Below, one piece after another: positions 23,222 through 36,665 of a stretch of DNA of 64,000 nt. The translations under genes and the position numbers were made by a program. The stretch is from contig NC_086118.1 in assembly GCF_963921235.1 (NCBI RefSeq), forward strand, positions 27,530,001-27,594,000, in the 5' to 3' direction. Every line of letters starts with the position of its first letter. Within the stretch, counting starts at the first letter, position 1. Source of the stretch: Mobula hypostoma (taxonomy: Eukaryota). Under the pieces are notes generated by a model. The model made no database searches, was not told the DNA's origin, and saw only the letters and a list, made by a program, of their open reading frames with translations.

Positions 23222-26200
23222 AGAAAGAGGTCAGATAGTAGAGAACACCCCTGTGGCTATCCCCCTCAGTAAATGTAATCCCGTTTTAGATGCTTTTGAG
23301 GGGTGACCTGACAGAGGACAACTCTGGCGATCGGGTTTCTAGCATTCAAACTGGTTCCATGGTGCAGAAGAGAGAGAAAAGCTGAGGAATGTGGTAGTCA
23401 TAGGGGATTCCATAGTGAGGAGAACAGATAGGAGGTTCTGTCAGTCTGATAGAGATACTTGCATGGCGTGTTGCCTCCCAGGTGCCAGGGTACAGGATGT
23501 CTCAGATTGGGTGCAGAGTATTCTGAAGGGAGAGGGTGAACATCCAGAAGTCTTGGTACACGTTGGTATCAACGACATGGGTAGAAAAGGGGAGGAAGTC
23601 CTGAAGAGAGAACTCAGGTGGGTAGGAACCTGAAAAGCAGGACCTCCAGAGTAGTAATCTCAGGATTTCTGCCTGTGGCACGTGCTAACAAGCACAAGAA
23701 TAGAATGATCAGACGTAATAGTGGATGGCTGAGAGACTGGTGTAGGGGGCAGGACTTTTGGTTCCTGGATCATCGGGGCCTCTTCTGGGGGAGGTACAAC
23801 CTGTACAAAAAGGACAGATTACATCTGAATCCAAAGGGGGTCCAATATCCTAGCAGGCAGGTTTAATAGAGCTGTTGGGGGGGTGGGGGTGGGAACCGGA
23901 AAGATAGGGCTGAGGAAGGGGAAAACAGAAATAAATCAAAGATAGTGTGCAACAGAAATAATAGGAAGGACAGGCATAATCACAGCCAATGGGATGATTT
24001 GCAATGGAAAGCAATAAATACTGGACTGAAAGTGTTATATTTGAATGGACGATCTTGAAATTCAGCTACAGATTGGCAAATATGACATTGTGGCCATCTC
24101 TGAAAATTGGCTAAAGGATGGCTGCCATTGGGAGCTGAACGTCCAAGGATATACGGTATATCAGAAAGATAGGATACGAGGAAAAGGGGATGCTGTGACC
24201 CTGTGTTTAAGGAATAATATTAAATCATCAGAGAGGGATGACATAGAATCAGAAGGTGTAGAGTCTCTGAGTTGAGTTAAGAAATGGCAAGGGTAAAAGG
24301 ACCCTAATGGCAGTTGTATACAGGCCTCCAAATAGCAGCCGGGATGTGGATTACAAGCTACAGCAGGAGATACAAAAGGCGTGTCAGAAGGGCAATGTCA
24401 TGATAATTGTTGGGGATTTTAACATGGAAGTGGATTGGGAAAACCAGGCCAGTACTGGACCTCAAGAGAGAGAATTTGTAGAATGTCTAAGGGATGACTT
24501 TTTAGAATAGCTTGTTGTTGCGCCCACTGGGGGATCGGCTGTGCTTGATTGGGTGTTATGCAATGATCCGAAGATGATAAGACAGTTTAAAATTAAGGAA
24601 GCCTTAGGGAACAGTAATCACAATATGATCGAGTTCACTTTGAAATTTGAGAAGGAGAATCTAAATTCCATTGTGTCGGTATTTCAGTGGGATAGAGGAA
24701 ATTATAATGGCATGAGAGGGGAACTGGCCAAGGCTGACTGGAAAGAGACACTAGCAGGAAGGACAGCAGAGAAGAAATGGCTGGAGTTTCTGTGAAAAAT
24801 GAGGGAAGTGCAAGACAGATATATTCCAAATAAGAAGAAATTTTCAAATGGAAGAAGGACACTACCGTGGCTGACAAGCGAAGTCAGAGCCAAAATAAAA
24901 GCAAAAGGAAGGGCTTACAAGGAAGCCAAATCTAGTGGGAAGATAAAGCATTAGAAAGCTTTTAAAAACTTGCAGAAGGAAACTAAGAAGGTCATTAGGA
25001 AGGAAAAGATGAATTATGAAAGGAAGCTGGCGCCTAATATCAAAGACGATACTAAAAGCCTTTTTAAGTATATAGAAGGTAAAAGATCACTGAAGATAGA
25101 TATAGGACCAATAGAAAATGACACTGGAGATATTGTATTGAGAGACACAGAGATGGCAGAGGAACTGAATGCGTATTTTGCATCAGTCTTCACAGTGGAA
25201 GACATATCCAGTATACCAGATATTCAAGAGTGTCGGGGAAGTGAAGTATTTATTTTGTACCTATTTTTAATAAATCCAGTTTGATCATTGGAAATTACAC
25301 TAGGTAAAATACTCTCAAGTCTATTAGTCAAAATCTTAGAAAGAATTTTAAAATCCACATTCAGTAAAGAGATTGGTCTATAGGAAGCGCATTCAGATAA
25401 ATCTTTTTCTTTTTTATGAATTAATGAGATTGATGCTTCATTAAAAGTTTTCGGGAGGTTCCCAGAGGATATAGAATCAGTGAAATTTTGACATAAACGA
25501 GGTGTAAGTATTTCAGTGAAAGTCCTATAAAATTCCACTGTATATCCATCTGGTCCCAGAGCCTTACCTGGTTGGGAAGAGGATATAGCCCTTGCTATTT
25601 CCTCTTGTTTAATAGGTGCATTTAATGTATTCATATCTTGGATAGAAATTTTAGGTATATTCAATTTTTGCAAAAAGTAATATTGTCTGAAAATTCAGAA
25701 TTATAAAGGTTAGAGTAGAAATCCATAAATACCTTATTAATTTCATAAGGATCTACCGTTTGGGTTCTATCAGGTCTTCGTATTTTCAGGATCTGTCTTC
25801 TAGCCATAGTTGCTTTTAATTGACCAGCCGATAATTTGCCCGACATGTCCCCATGTATATAAAATTGACTTTTAGATTTAAGAAGTTGCTGCTCAATGGG
25901 AAAAGTCAAAAGCAAATCACGTTGTGTTTGGAGTTCCACCCTTTCCTTATAAAGATCTTCATCAGGCATTACTGAATATAGTTTGTATATTTCTTTAATC
26001 CTATTAGTAATTACTAAAAGTTCTGCCTTAATTTTCCTTCTTAAACCTACTGAGTATGAAATTATCTGTCCCCTAAGAAAAGATTTCATTGTGTCCCAAA
26101 TAACCAAATTTGACATTCCCTCAGTCGTATTTAATTCAAAAAATAGATAAATTTGCTCTTTCTTAAAACTTACAAAGGTTGAATCTTGTAGCAATATAGC

Positions 26201-29200
26201 ATTAAATCTCTACTGAGGTATCTTCAATATATTATTAGAGAACTTCAAAGTTAATTTTATGGGTGCATGATCCGACAACGCAATGACATCATGCACACAA
26301 TCAGCAACAAAGGGCACCAATTGTGTGTCCAGCAAAAAATAATCAATTCTTGAGTATTTATGGTATACATGTGAAAAAAAAGAAAAATCCCTATCTTTAG
26401 GATACATAAAGCTCCAAATTCCCACCAGACTGTATTCTAATAAAAAAGATTTAATGCAAGTCGCAGCTTTATTAGGAAACAATGGATTGGTAGACGATCT
26501 ATCAATCGACGGGTTGAGACAGCAGTAAAAGTCACCGCCCATAATCAATTTATATTCATTCAAATTCGGCAGCACAGAAAATAGCTTCATAAGAAAATCA
26601 GGGCTATCTATATTAGGTGCATAAACACACACCGAAGCCACCTTTTGACCACATAACAGACGAGTAACGATTAAATATCTTCCAATTAAATCAGTAACAG
26701 TGTCAGAATGTACAAAAGGGATTTTAGAATTAATAAAAATAGAACCCTCTTATTTTATTTACTGATAAAGAATGAAATAAGGGTCCCTTACAAGATTTAG
26801 AAAAACGATTTTCATCCTGCCTACGGATATGAGTCTCCTGCGCAAAAATAATATCCACATGAAGTGTTTTTAATTTCTTAAAAATCTTTCTGCGCTTAAT
26901 AGATTGGTTTATACCATTCAGATTCCAAGATATTATATTAGTTTTATTAAGATCCATATTTGAAGTTTAATGTAAAATTTCATAAAGTAAGCTAATGTGC
27001 AGGCGCAAACTAAATCCGAAGGAAAAACAAAATATGACTGGATCAGAAAGAGTAACAAGATAATTGACAAAAAAAACCTCTCAGGACTGCCCATTTGAAA
27101 AAAAAACTAATCTAATAGATCCCAGAAACAGTCTAATAGGTGGACAGCATGCTACTCTAATGACCCTTGACCCCTGTCTTCAGTTAGCAGCCCCTGCCTA
27201 CAAAGTGATATGTTACCACCACCAAACAGACATAACAAAGGGTACAAAGAAATAAACAAATTCCGAATATTTTCATATTATGTCTAACAATAGTTAACAC
27301 CGAATAGTTAACGACAGCCATCTTAGATTCATTTAAAATACATAACCATGTATTCAAAAAAGATAAATCCAACCAACTAATATACTACAACTAATGTTAA
27401 ACACTTACAAATCAAAGAAAGAATGAGTAAATATATATATATCAAATCCAAAACTATATTAACTATTAAAGCAAACAATGACAGATCTAAATAAATCAAC
27501 CAAGTCCATGTCTGGGCACTCATAAAACGTGGAGCGGACTTTCAGTGAAGCCGCTACAAAGAGCCCCCAGCTAAGGATTAACTATTCAAATTGCTTATGA
27601 AATGGGCTTAAACTCCTTTATAAATTTCCAACTATCTTCTGCGGAGTCAATCTGTTTTGAAAGAGAATTAGGTGGAGTAATTATCAGATGAGCCGGATAA
27701 TGCAGAGAGGGGCGACAGTTAATCTTATAAAATTCAGCCATGACTTCCCGATACTTAATTCTTTCAGCATAAATCTCTGGGGTAAAATCTTCAACTATAC
27801 GAATCTTTGCTCCTTTATAAATTAGCTTATCTCTTTTCCTTGCATCCTGAAGAATAGCTTCTTTGGTTGTAAAATAATGTAGACATAATATTATAGGACG
27901 AGGTTTCATTTCGGCTGAAGATTTAGGACGTCAAATTCAATGGGCTCTGTCCGGTATCGGACAGGCTTCAAGAATCTCACTAAAAAGTGAATGTAACATG
28001 TTCAAAAAGAACTTTAATGGCTCACCGGTTTCCGTATTTTCAGGCAAACCCAGTATGCATAAATTCATCCTGCGTCTTCTGCTTTCCAGATTGATTGTTT
28101 TCTTCTTAATTCCTGATAACTCTGAAGTAACCTCATTAATTTTCTTTTCCATAGAAGACAACTTCAATTCTTGTCCTTTCATAGTTTGACTCATTGACTC
28201 CTGTCCTCTTTCAATTCTATGAGTGCTCTGTTTAAGCGTCTGATATTGACCTTCCAGATTCTTCAAAGATTCCTGAACAGCAAAAATAGTTTTTTCAAGC
28301 TTTTCATTAGCGTTCATCAGTTTATCAATCTTGGTGTCCACCGTACCGATCTTAGCATTTATAGCTTCTATTAAAGAGAGCGTGAAGTCAGAATGAAGTA
28401 GAGATTTCCACTGATTTCTTTGTATGTTCAGCTTCGGGAAGAGTTTTGCCACCTCTTAATTCAATTCCAGATCGAGTATCAGCCATTGTAGTTGAATCGT
28501 AAATCCTTCAGCAAAAGTAATACATCTTCAAACTTTAAACAAATCTAACAGTGGAAAGTAAGTTCTAAAAGATGGAGCCTTGACAAACGCGCCTTACTCC
28601 ATGAGCTGCCAAGGGGAGATTTGGGGAACTGAAGTAGATGCAGTGAAAATTACGACTGAGAAAGTGCTCAGGAAGCTTAATGGTCTGAGGATGGATAAAT
28701 CTCCTGACCTTGATGGAATGCACCCTCGGGTTCTGAAGGAAGTAGCTGGAGAGATTGTGGGGAGGCATTAACAATGATCCTTCAAGAATTGATAGATTCT
28801 GGCATTGTACCAGATGACTGGAAAATTGCAAATGTTACTCCCCTATTTAAGAAGGGTGGGAGGCAGCAGAAAAGAAACTATAGGCACGTTAGCCTGACAT
28901 CAGTGGTTGGGAAGTTGTTGGAATCAAATGTTAGGGATGAGATTACTGAGTACCTGGAGGCACATGACAAGACAGGCCAAAGCCAGCATGGGTTCCTGAA
29001 AGGAAAATTCTGCTTGACGAGCCTACTGCAATTTTTTGAGGAAATTACAAGCAGGGGTAGATAAAGGAGATGTAGTATCTGTGGTGTACTTGGATTTTCA
29101 GAAGGCCTTTGACTAAGTACCGCACATAAGGCTGCTTAGCAAGATAAGAGCCCATAGAATTACAAGGGTGTTACTAGCATGGGTGGAGTATTGGCTGATT

Positions 29201-30268
29201 GGCAGAAAAAGGAGAGTGGGAATAAAAGGATCCTATCTTGGCAGGCTGCCGGTTACCAGTGAAGTTCCCCAGGGGTCGGTGTTGGGACCACTGCTTTTTA
29301 CGATGTATGTCAATGATTTGGACTACAGTATTAATGGATTTGTGGCTAAGTTTGTTGATGATACAAAGATAGGTGGAGGAGTGGGTAGTGTTAAGGAAAC
29401 AGAGAGCCTGCAGAAAGACTTAGATAGTTGAGGGGAATGGGCAAAGAAGTGGCAAATGAAATACAATGTTGGAAAGTGGGTATGGTCATGCACTTTGGTG
29501 GAAGAAATAAATGAGCAGATGGGGAGAGGATTCAAAATGCCGAGATACAAAGGGACTTGGGAGTCCTTGTGCAGGATACCCTAAAGGTTAACCTCTAGGT
29601 TAAGTTGGTATTGAAGAAGGAGAATGCAGTGTTGGCATTCATTTCTAGAGGTATTGAATATAAGAGCAAGGATGTGATATTGAGGTTCTATAAGGCACTT
29701 GTGAGATCACACTTGGCGTATTGTCTGTAGTTTTGGGCTCTTTATTTTAGAAAGAATATACTGACGCTGGAGAGCGTTCAGAAAAGATTCACGAGAATAA
29801 TTCCAGGAATGAGAGGGTTACTATATGAGGAACGTCTGGCAGCTCTTGGGCTGTATTCCCTGGAGTTCAGGAGAATGAGGGGGGATCTCATAGAAACATT
29901 TCAAATGTTAAAAGGCTTGAACAGATTAGGTATGGCAAAGTTACTTCCTGTGGTAGGGGAATCTAGGACAAGAGGGCGCGATTTCTAGATTGAAGGACAT
30001 CCATTTAGAACAGAGAAACAGAGAAATTACGTTAGTCAGAGGGTGGTAAATCTGTGGAATTAGTTGCCACAAGCGGTTGTGGAGGCTAAGTCATTGGGTG
30101 CATTTAAGGCAGAGGAAGATTGGTTCTTGATTAGCTAGGGCATCAAAGGGTATGGGGAGAAGGCAGGTGAGTGGGGATGAATGGAAGAATTGGATCAGCC
30201 ATGATTGAATGGTGGAGAAGATTTGATGGGCCGAATGGTCTACTTCTGCTCCTATATCTTATCGTCTT
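23222..30268 (+). mobile_element. 5'-truncated CR1 LINE (ORF1 esterase part plus ORF2), interrupted by L1
   Basis: VVIGDSIVR, DRLHLNPKG, EN and RT fragments, 3' tail at about 30230-30268. Same subfamily as 10696-16374 but more decayed. Confidence 0.93.
25249..28622 (-). mobile_element. L1 (LINE-1) with intact 5' end, ORF1 and EN, truncated at the start of RT
   Basis: ORF1 coiled coil LESRRRRMNLCILGLPE..DRAH..KPRPII..IRIVEDF. ORF2 IISWNLNG, QETH, VYAPN, YSRIDYF, SDH, YRPISLLNVDFKIL, DQTGFIKNR. TSD ggggaagtgaagta (25235-25248) / ggggaactgaagta (28623-28636). Confidence 0.93.
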
Positions 30269-32066
30269 AACAATGGTTGTGAAAGTAACCTTATGCTTGT
30301 GCCTTCCTTACAGTTTATATACTGCCAATCTAACAACTTTTAAGAAAAAGACTGCAATCTTGAAGAGCTTTCATGTCTTCTGATTTCATATGTGGTCAAG
30401 AAAGAGCCTTTTCTATGGACCACAGCAGTTATCTGCTCATCATCGAAATGTTCTTGTAGTAAAGCTTTGAGCATCAAATATCTTTCTTCTGGACTGGCAT
30501 GATTGCAGCTTTTGACAAGTTCTTGAGGGTAATCTCCAGTGTACTGTTTGAGCAAATAGAGAATGTCACATACTCTTCAGTCTTGTCTTCAATGCTATTC
30601 TTGAAAGCCCTGATAAATGAATGATACTGCAATGGATGGCCATCAGAGATTTGAATCTCTCTTTTAAGCAGAGATGTAAATGTGTTGTTACAACATTATG
30701 CTTGTTATTTCCTTTCATGTCCTTATGACTTCCCTCGAGGCATTTAGACCTTTATCATACAAAACACGAGTGTCATTATACCATAAATCGATGTTCTCAG
30801 AAGCACCTTGTGCTTTTGGATATTACTTAGGTTCAGAGTACCTCCTTGGTGCAGGATGCACCCTGAACTGGCCTTAGGGTTCAAACTTGTGGCCTCATAG
30901 AGTTGACATCGGATATGCTGGAGCTTCTCTGTTCCATGTCACCATAGGAAATCTCACCACAGAACTGCTCTGCTGGAGCACACTTAGTACGCACAGGACT
31001 TGAAGTACCAGAGTACTTGAACTTTGGCCATCTTGGCTGCAGTTTCTTTCTGCAACTTGGGATGCTCCATCTCTCTTCAAAGCTGTTCTACCTGTTCTTC
31101 CTGATTTCCACAAGGCTGTTCCTCCTGTTACTCCTGACATCTTTGAAGCTGTTCTGTCTATTCCATCAAGGCGTGTTTATCCCTTAATATCCATTGTGTT
31201 GGGTATAACTCAGCTGAATCAGCCTCCATTCTAATGTGTACTGATGTGGTATCAGATGCTTAGGACATCTTGCTATTGGCGGCAGAAAGTACTTCTCACA
31301 TATTAGGCATGCTGTCTTCATAGGTAGACATAGTCTTTTCTTGATCTTTATAAATATTTTCATTTCTCCCCGAGCATATTGCATGCTTGCTTCAACCATT
31401 GTTCAGCCTCTGTGCGACTGTACTAATAAAGTGTATCAATGTTTACAAAGTCTTCAACCTATTTATCTTGCTCAGAGATAAGCATTAAAGAAAACAACAA
31501 GGTATGTTGCCTAGCAGTATCTTCACAAAGAGACCTTAAATCATCCAAATGAGACTGCACTCCCGAAACATCTTCTTGCTCTTCCTGCAAAAGATTTCCC
31601 ACTGATGGTATAAAATCTTAATCCTTTTAACACCTTTATTATAGACCTCTGGAAGACTGTCAACTCTGTTCACCAAAGCTTTCACAGTGAGTTTAACTTC
31701 TCTCTCAGTCTCAGTTCTGCCTTCAAGGTCACTACCTCCAGCCTGACTCACTTTGTCTTCTGAGGCATGCAAACAAGACAAAACAGTGCAGTTTCGTTTT
31801 GGATTTTCAACAATGCAAGCAATTCAATTATTCAGCGTTTCAACAGAATCAAGGGTCGAGCACTTCAGGCAAACACCACACTATTCAGTTGGACATGGCA
31901 ACGTTGACCACTTCAAAACTGTGTTTCAACTTCAAACACACAGCATGAAACAACAAAAAGGTTATTACTTGCCACAAGCTGCTGCTGGCTGGTGCTTCCA
32001 ATTTCTCAGACATATCCAAGTTCTGATATCTGTTTGGTATAACTGTCGAAAATGTTGCTTACAAAA

Positions 32067-32440
32067 TGTAGTGGCAAAACTAGTCCAAATCAAAACAATT
32101 GCTGCTAGCCTATGACAGGCCACAAGATTGTTATACTTGCATGATGCACCCTTAGCTCTAATGAAATGACTGTTCCAAAGAGTCAGATTCCTTATTTTGA
32201 TCCTTTATTAACAATTAACAAAAATACAATTAAGCATTATTAAGCAATATTAAGTGGTCAGCAAAGATACGACTTCAGGCCGTAGAGCTTAGAACGTAGC
32301 ACTGAGTCCAGAGACCTCAGACCACAGATCATAGAGCTTAGGCCAGAGACCATGGACCGCAGACTGTAGAGCACAGACCAAGAGCTTAGGCCAGAGACCA
32401 TATGCCAGTCCCAAACCACAAACTTCCACGAAATAAGTAA
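32067..32440 (-). repeat. BEL/Pao 5' LTR (partial) with internal tandem repeats
   Basis: Matches 21855-22100 and carries extra agagcttaggccagagacc units at about 32280-32400. Confidence 0.7.
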
Positions 32441-32572
32441 AATGAAGGGTCTCTGCCCGAAACATTGACTGTACTCTTTTCCATAGATACTGCCTGGCCT
32501 GCTGAGTTCCTCCAGCATTTTGTGTGTGTTGCTTTGGATTTACAGCATCTGCAGATTTTCTCTTGTTTATGC
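32441..32572 (+). mobile_element. PLE terminus fragment (truncated hammerhead)
   Basis: tgaagggtctctgcccgaaacattgactg...gctgagttcctccagcattttgtgtgtg. Confidence 0.85.
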
Positions 32573-32822
32573 AATACAGTTTGTCTTTCCTTGTTTCTCA
32601 TCTGAATTAATGACCATGCCAAGTCTATTAATCTTACAAATGAATAAGACAAGAGTATTCAGAATGCATACAAAAAGTTACAGAAATTTGACTTGATCCT
32701 TAGTTTAACAAATTCTAAATCTCAATATGACAAAAAACATAGAAGGCAATATGATTTATTTAAGTGTCATGTTTCTCCAACAATAGTTTGCAGTTCATAG
32801 CAATGTAACTGTCGAAACAGCA

Positions 32823-33050
32823 TTTTATTTATTTAGATACATAATGTGGAACAAGCTCTTCTGGACCAATGAGCCAGACTGCCCAGTCCTGCCAAAGGGT
32901 TTCGGCCTGAAACGTTGCCTGTACACTTTTCCGTTAATGCTGCCTGGCCTGCTGAGTTCCTCCAGCATCTTGTGTGTGTGCCCAGCATCCCAACTATTTA
33001 ACACTAGCCTAATCACAGGACAACTTACAATGACCAAATAAACCTTCTAA
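32823..33050 (-). mobile_element. SINE 3' part containing a plus-strand PLE terminus (about 32884-32978)
   Basis: Reverse complement of the SINE tail at 47140-47260. Insert is flanked by tgcccag repeats and has a degenerate hammerhead. Confidence 0.7.
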
Positions 33051-33374
33051 CCTCCCTCAAAACATTTCGGAGAAGCATACTCAGCCATTGAATGACACAA
33101 GTGAATGGGCACATGTATCAAAAAGTTGGCCAAAAGATTGACTAACAGGCTGCTTTTAACAATATTCTAGTTGAAAGAGAAATTAGCTAATCTGGATTGT
33201 CACACAATACTGAACGTTGTTGCATTAATTTTAGAACATTATACTAACACATACATCCTTTGAATGCAAATGATATTTGGCACTCTTTGACTCTAAGGCT
33301 AAGAAACATGGGGTAGCATACAATCTGAGCGAGGAATCTGAACTTTGTGGGAAAAGGGATCTAGTGCTTTCCCA

Positions 33375-34100
33375 GTGTATATGATGAATAGACTCTTCTT
33401 GGGCTTCCAGCCAGATTCAGATTTTGATTATAACTGAAATTTTGATGATAAGTTCTGCCATCTTCATCAGGGATGATGCTTGGGCATGTCTAATCTGGTG
33501 GTATTTATACCCCCATAGTCTGTCCCTCCTGATTGGTAAGTCCTCATCCAATAAAGTTTTCACTCTCTCACTTTGTTTGCAATTGAATTCCAGTACTTAC
33601 TTGAGCGAGATCTTTGTCTTTGTTAAAAATCTTTTCCTCTCATTTTACTTCAATGGCTTCCCTTACCAGGCGGTCCCAAAAGCCATTGGTGTGGCACAGT
33701 AGTTTTGTGCCGTCGAGGTCAATCCCATAGCCATTGTGAATGCAGTGTTCTGCTACTGCCAATTTCCCTGGGTAACCCAGATGGATACATTTCCTGTGCT
33801 ACTTGATGCGGGTTTCCACCGTACATCCTGTCTGCGTGATATACGTTGCTCTGCATCACAGGGAATTCTGTGAACGCCAGCAGACCTGAGTCCCAGGTGA
33901 TCTTTGATCCACATAAGCTGTGATTTGAGCATCCTTGGGTTTGTGAATTGTGTTAATCCGGTATTTCTTCAGGATCCTGGCGATTCTTCCAGAAACCATG
34001 GAAATATAGGGAAGGCCAGATGGTAGCGACAGGTTCCTCCTCGTTGTTAGGTTTCTTGGTTTTTCTGTCATCTCTTTGAAGGACTTGATTGGTTTCCATC
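33375..34100 (-). mobile_element. Second Penelope family, decayed 3' fragment
   Basis: LPYISMVSGRIARILKKYRINTIHKP linker, then frameshifted GV.RIPC..VETRIK (GIY-YIG). Degenerate hammerhead CTGATGA at 33470-33464 with a gatg/catc stem II. Confidence 0.8.
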
Positions 34101-34109
34101 ACCTTTGAC

Positions 34110-34850
34110 ACCATAAATAATCAAGAAACTATCAATCTCTGCTTTAAATATACACAGTGAATTGACCTCCACAGCCATCTGCGACAATGGACTCCACAGA
34201 TGCAACACCCTCTGGCTAATGAAATTCCTCCTCATCACTGTTCTAAATGTTCTAAATGGACATCCCTCTTTTCTGAGGCTGTGCCATCTGATTATATACC
34301 CCCCTACCCCACTACTGGAAACATCTCCACATCCTCTCTCTTTCTATATTCGATGGGTTTCAGCTAGATACCCCATAATTCTTCTAAACTTCAACGAGTA
34401 ATGGCTCAGAGTCATCAAATGCTCCTCGTACATGAACCCTTTTCATTCTTGGGATCATTCTCGTGAACCTCCACTGGGGCCTCTCCAATGCCAGAGCATC
34501 TTTCCTTAGATAGGGAGCCCAAAATTTCTTACAATGCAGTACAAAATAGTCTGACCAATGCCTTATAAGGCCTCAGCATTACGTACTTGCATTTATATTC
34601 TGGTTGTCTCAAAATGAATGCTAACTTTGCATTTGCCTTCCTTACCACTGACACAACCTACAAGTTAACCTTAAGGGACTTCTGCATAAAGGCTCCCAAG
34701 TCCCTTTATACCTCTGAGTTTTGAACGTTCTCTCCATTTAGAAAATAGTCTGTGCCTTTATTCCTTTCGCCAAAGTGTATGACCATACAATTTCCTACAC
34801 TATATTCCATCTGCCACTTCTTTGCCCATTTTCCGAATATGTCTAAGTCC
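34110..34850 (-). mobile_element. CR1 ORF2 3' fragment; probably continues at about 36755-37160
   Basis: KWAKKWQMEYSVG.CMVIHFG. The upstream piece has QHGFLKGK, VYLDFQK and DWKIANVTPLFKKG. Confidence 0.85.
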
Positions 34851-35241
34851 TTGCTCCTTGCTCCCTCACCTCGAGGAACCCAAGCCTCATCATTCTCTCG
34901 CCTTGATGAACCCAATCCTTGTCATGCCCTCGGCTTGAGGAACCCAAGCCTCGTCCATTCCTGTAGCCATGTCATGTCCTTGCCTAGTTCTTTGATCCAA
35001 GCCCGAGTCAAGACCCAGGTTCTGGGACCTTGTCCATTCTGTGGCCAGTTCCTAGTCCTGGTTCCGCTATCCTAGTCAAGTCCTAGCCCAGGCCCTGAAT
35101 CCTTGTCTCGTCCAGGGCCCGTGTCATGTCCAGCGTCCTTTCTTCCCCACTTCTCTTGCTTAACTCTAGTCCTCATCGTATTCCTTGTTCTTCGGTGTCT
35201 GTGTCTTGCATTTGGGTCTGCTCCCAGCACCCTCGTATTAC
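34851..35241 (-). mobile_element. LTR-like element fragment, same family as 55934-56985
   Basis: Minus strand starts tgtaatacgagggtgctgggagcagacccaaatgcaagacacaga and carries gaggcttgggttc repeats. Confidence 0.65.
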
Positions 35242-36665
35242 AGAAACATAGAAACATAGTAAACCTCCAGCACAATACAGGCCCTTTGGCCCACAATGCT
35301 GTGCTGAACATGTACTTACTTTCAAAATTACTGAGGGTTACCCATAGCCCTCTATTTTTCTGCGCTCCATGTACCTGTACAGGAGTCTTTTAAAAGGCTC
35401 TATCGTATCTACCTCCACAACTGTTGCTGGCAGCCCATTCCACGTACTCACCACTCTCTGCATAAAAAAACTTACCCCTGACATCTCCTCTGTATCTACT
35501 TCCAAGCACCTTAAGACTATGCCCTCTCGTGTTAGACATTTCAGCCCTGGGAAAAAGCTTCTGACTATCCACACGATCAATGCCTCTCATCATCTTATAC
35601 ACCTCTATCAGGTCACCTCTCATCCTCTGTCGCTCCAAGGAGGAAAGGCCAAGTTCCCTCAACCTATTCTCATAAGGCATGCTCCCCAATCCAGGCAACA
35701 TCCTTGGAAATCTCCTCTGCACCCTTTCTATGGTTTCCACATCCTTCCTGTAGTGAGGTGACCAGAACTGAGCATAGTACTCCAATGGGGTCTGACCAGG
35801 GTCCTATATAGCTGTAACATTATCTCTTGGCTCTTGAACTCAGTTCCACGTTTGATGAAGGCCAATACACTGTATGCCTTCTTACCCATACAGTCAACCT
35901 GTGCAGCAGCTTTGAGTGTCCTGTGGACTTGGACCCCAAGATCCCTCTGATCCTCCACACTGCCAAGAGTCTTACCATTAATACTATATTCTGCCATTAT
36001 ATTTGACTTACCAAAATGAACCACCTCACACTTATCTGGGTTGAACTCCATCTGCCATTTCTTAGCCCAGTTTTGCATCCTATCAATGTCCTGCTGAAAC
36101 TGGTGCTAGCTCTCCACACCATCCACAACACCCCCAACCTTTGTGTCATCAGTAAATGTACTAAACCATCCCTCCACTTCCTCATTCAGATCATTTATAA
36201 AAATCACAAAGAGAAGGGGTCCCAGAACAGATCCCTGAGGCACACCACTGGTCACTGTCCTCCTTGCAGAATATGACCCATCTACAACCACTCTTTGCCT
36301 TCAGTGGGTAAGCCAATTCTGGATCAACAAAGCAATGTCCCCTTGGATCCCATGCCTCCTTACTTTCTCAATAGGCCTTGCATGGGACAACTTATCAAAT
36401 GTCTTGCTGAAATCCATATACACTACATCTACTGCTCTACCTTCATCAATGTGTTTAGTCACATCCTCAAAGAATTCAATCAGGCTCATAAGGCATGACC
36501 TGCCTTTGAAAAAGTCCTGCTAACTATTCCTAACCATATTATGTCTCACCAAATGTTCATAAATCCTGCCTCTCAGAATCTTCTCCACCAACTTACCAAC
36601 CACTGAAGTAAGACTCACGGGTCTATAATTTCCTGGGCTATCTCTAATTCCTTTCTTGAATAAGC
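35242..36665 (-). mobile_element. 5'-truncated CR1 LINE
   Basis: catagaaa tail repeats and frameshifted RT motifs YMDFSKTFDK, GVPQGSVLGP, FTDD, QFWSP. Confidence 0.93.

Larger units (their letters stand above)
21855..32440 (-). mobile_element. Internally deleted BEL/Pao LTR retrotransposon, split by CR1 and L1 insertions
   Basis: Paired LTR-like direct repeats 21855-22275 and 32067-32440. Gag-like KQYTGDYPQELVKSC..LLQEHF (30340-30555) and post-protease IDVLIGLN.PKALE..PYAIRAMLGWTVN (22309-22638). No RT, RNase H or integrase seen. Confidence 0.8.

Noticed and set aside
32275..32405. Repeat-spacer pattern resembling CRISPR
   Set aside because: Irregular degenerate minisatellite inside an LTR in a eukaryotic context, with no cas genes.
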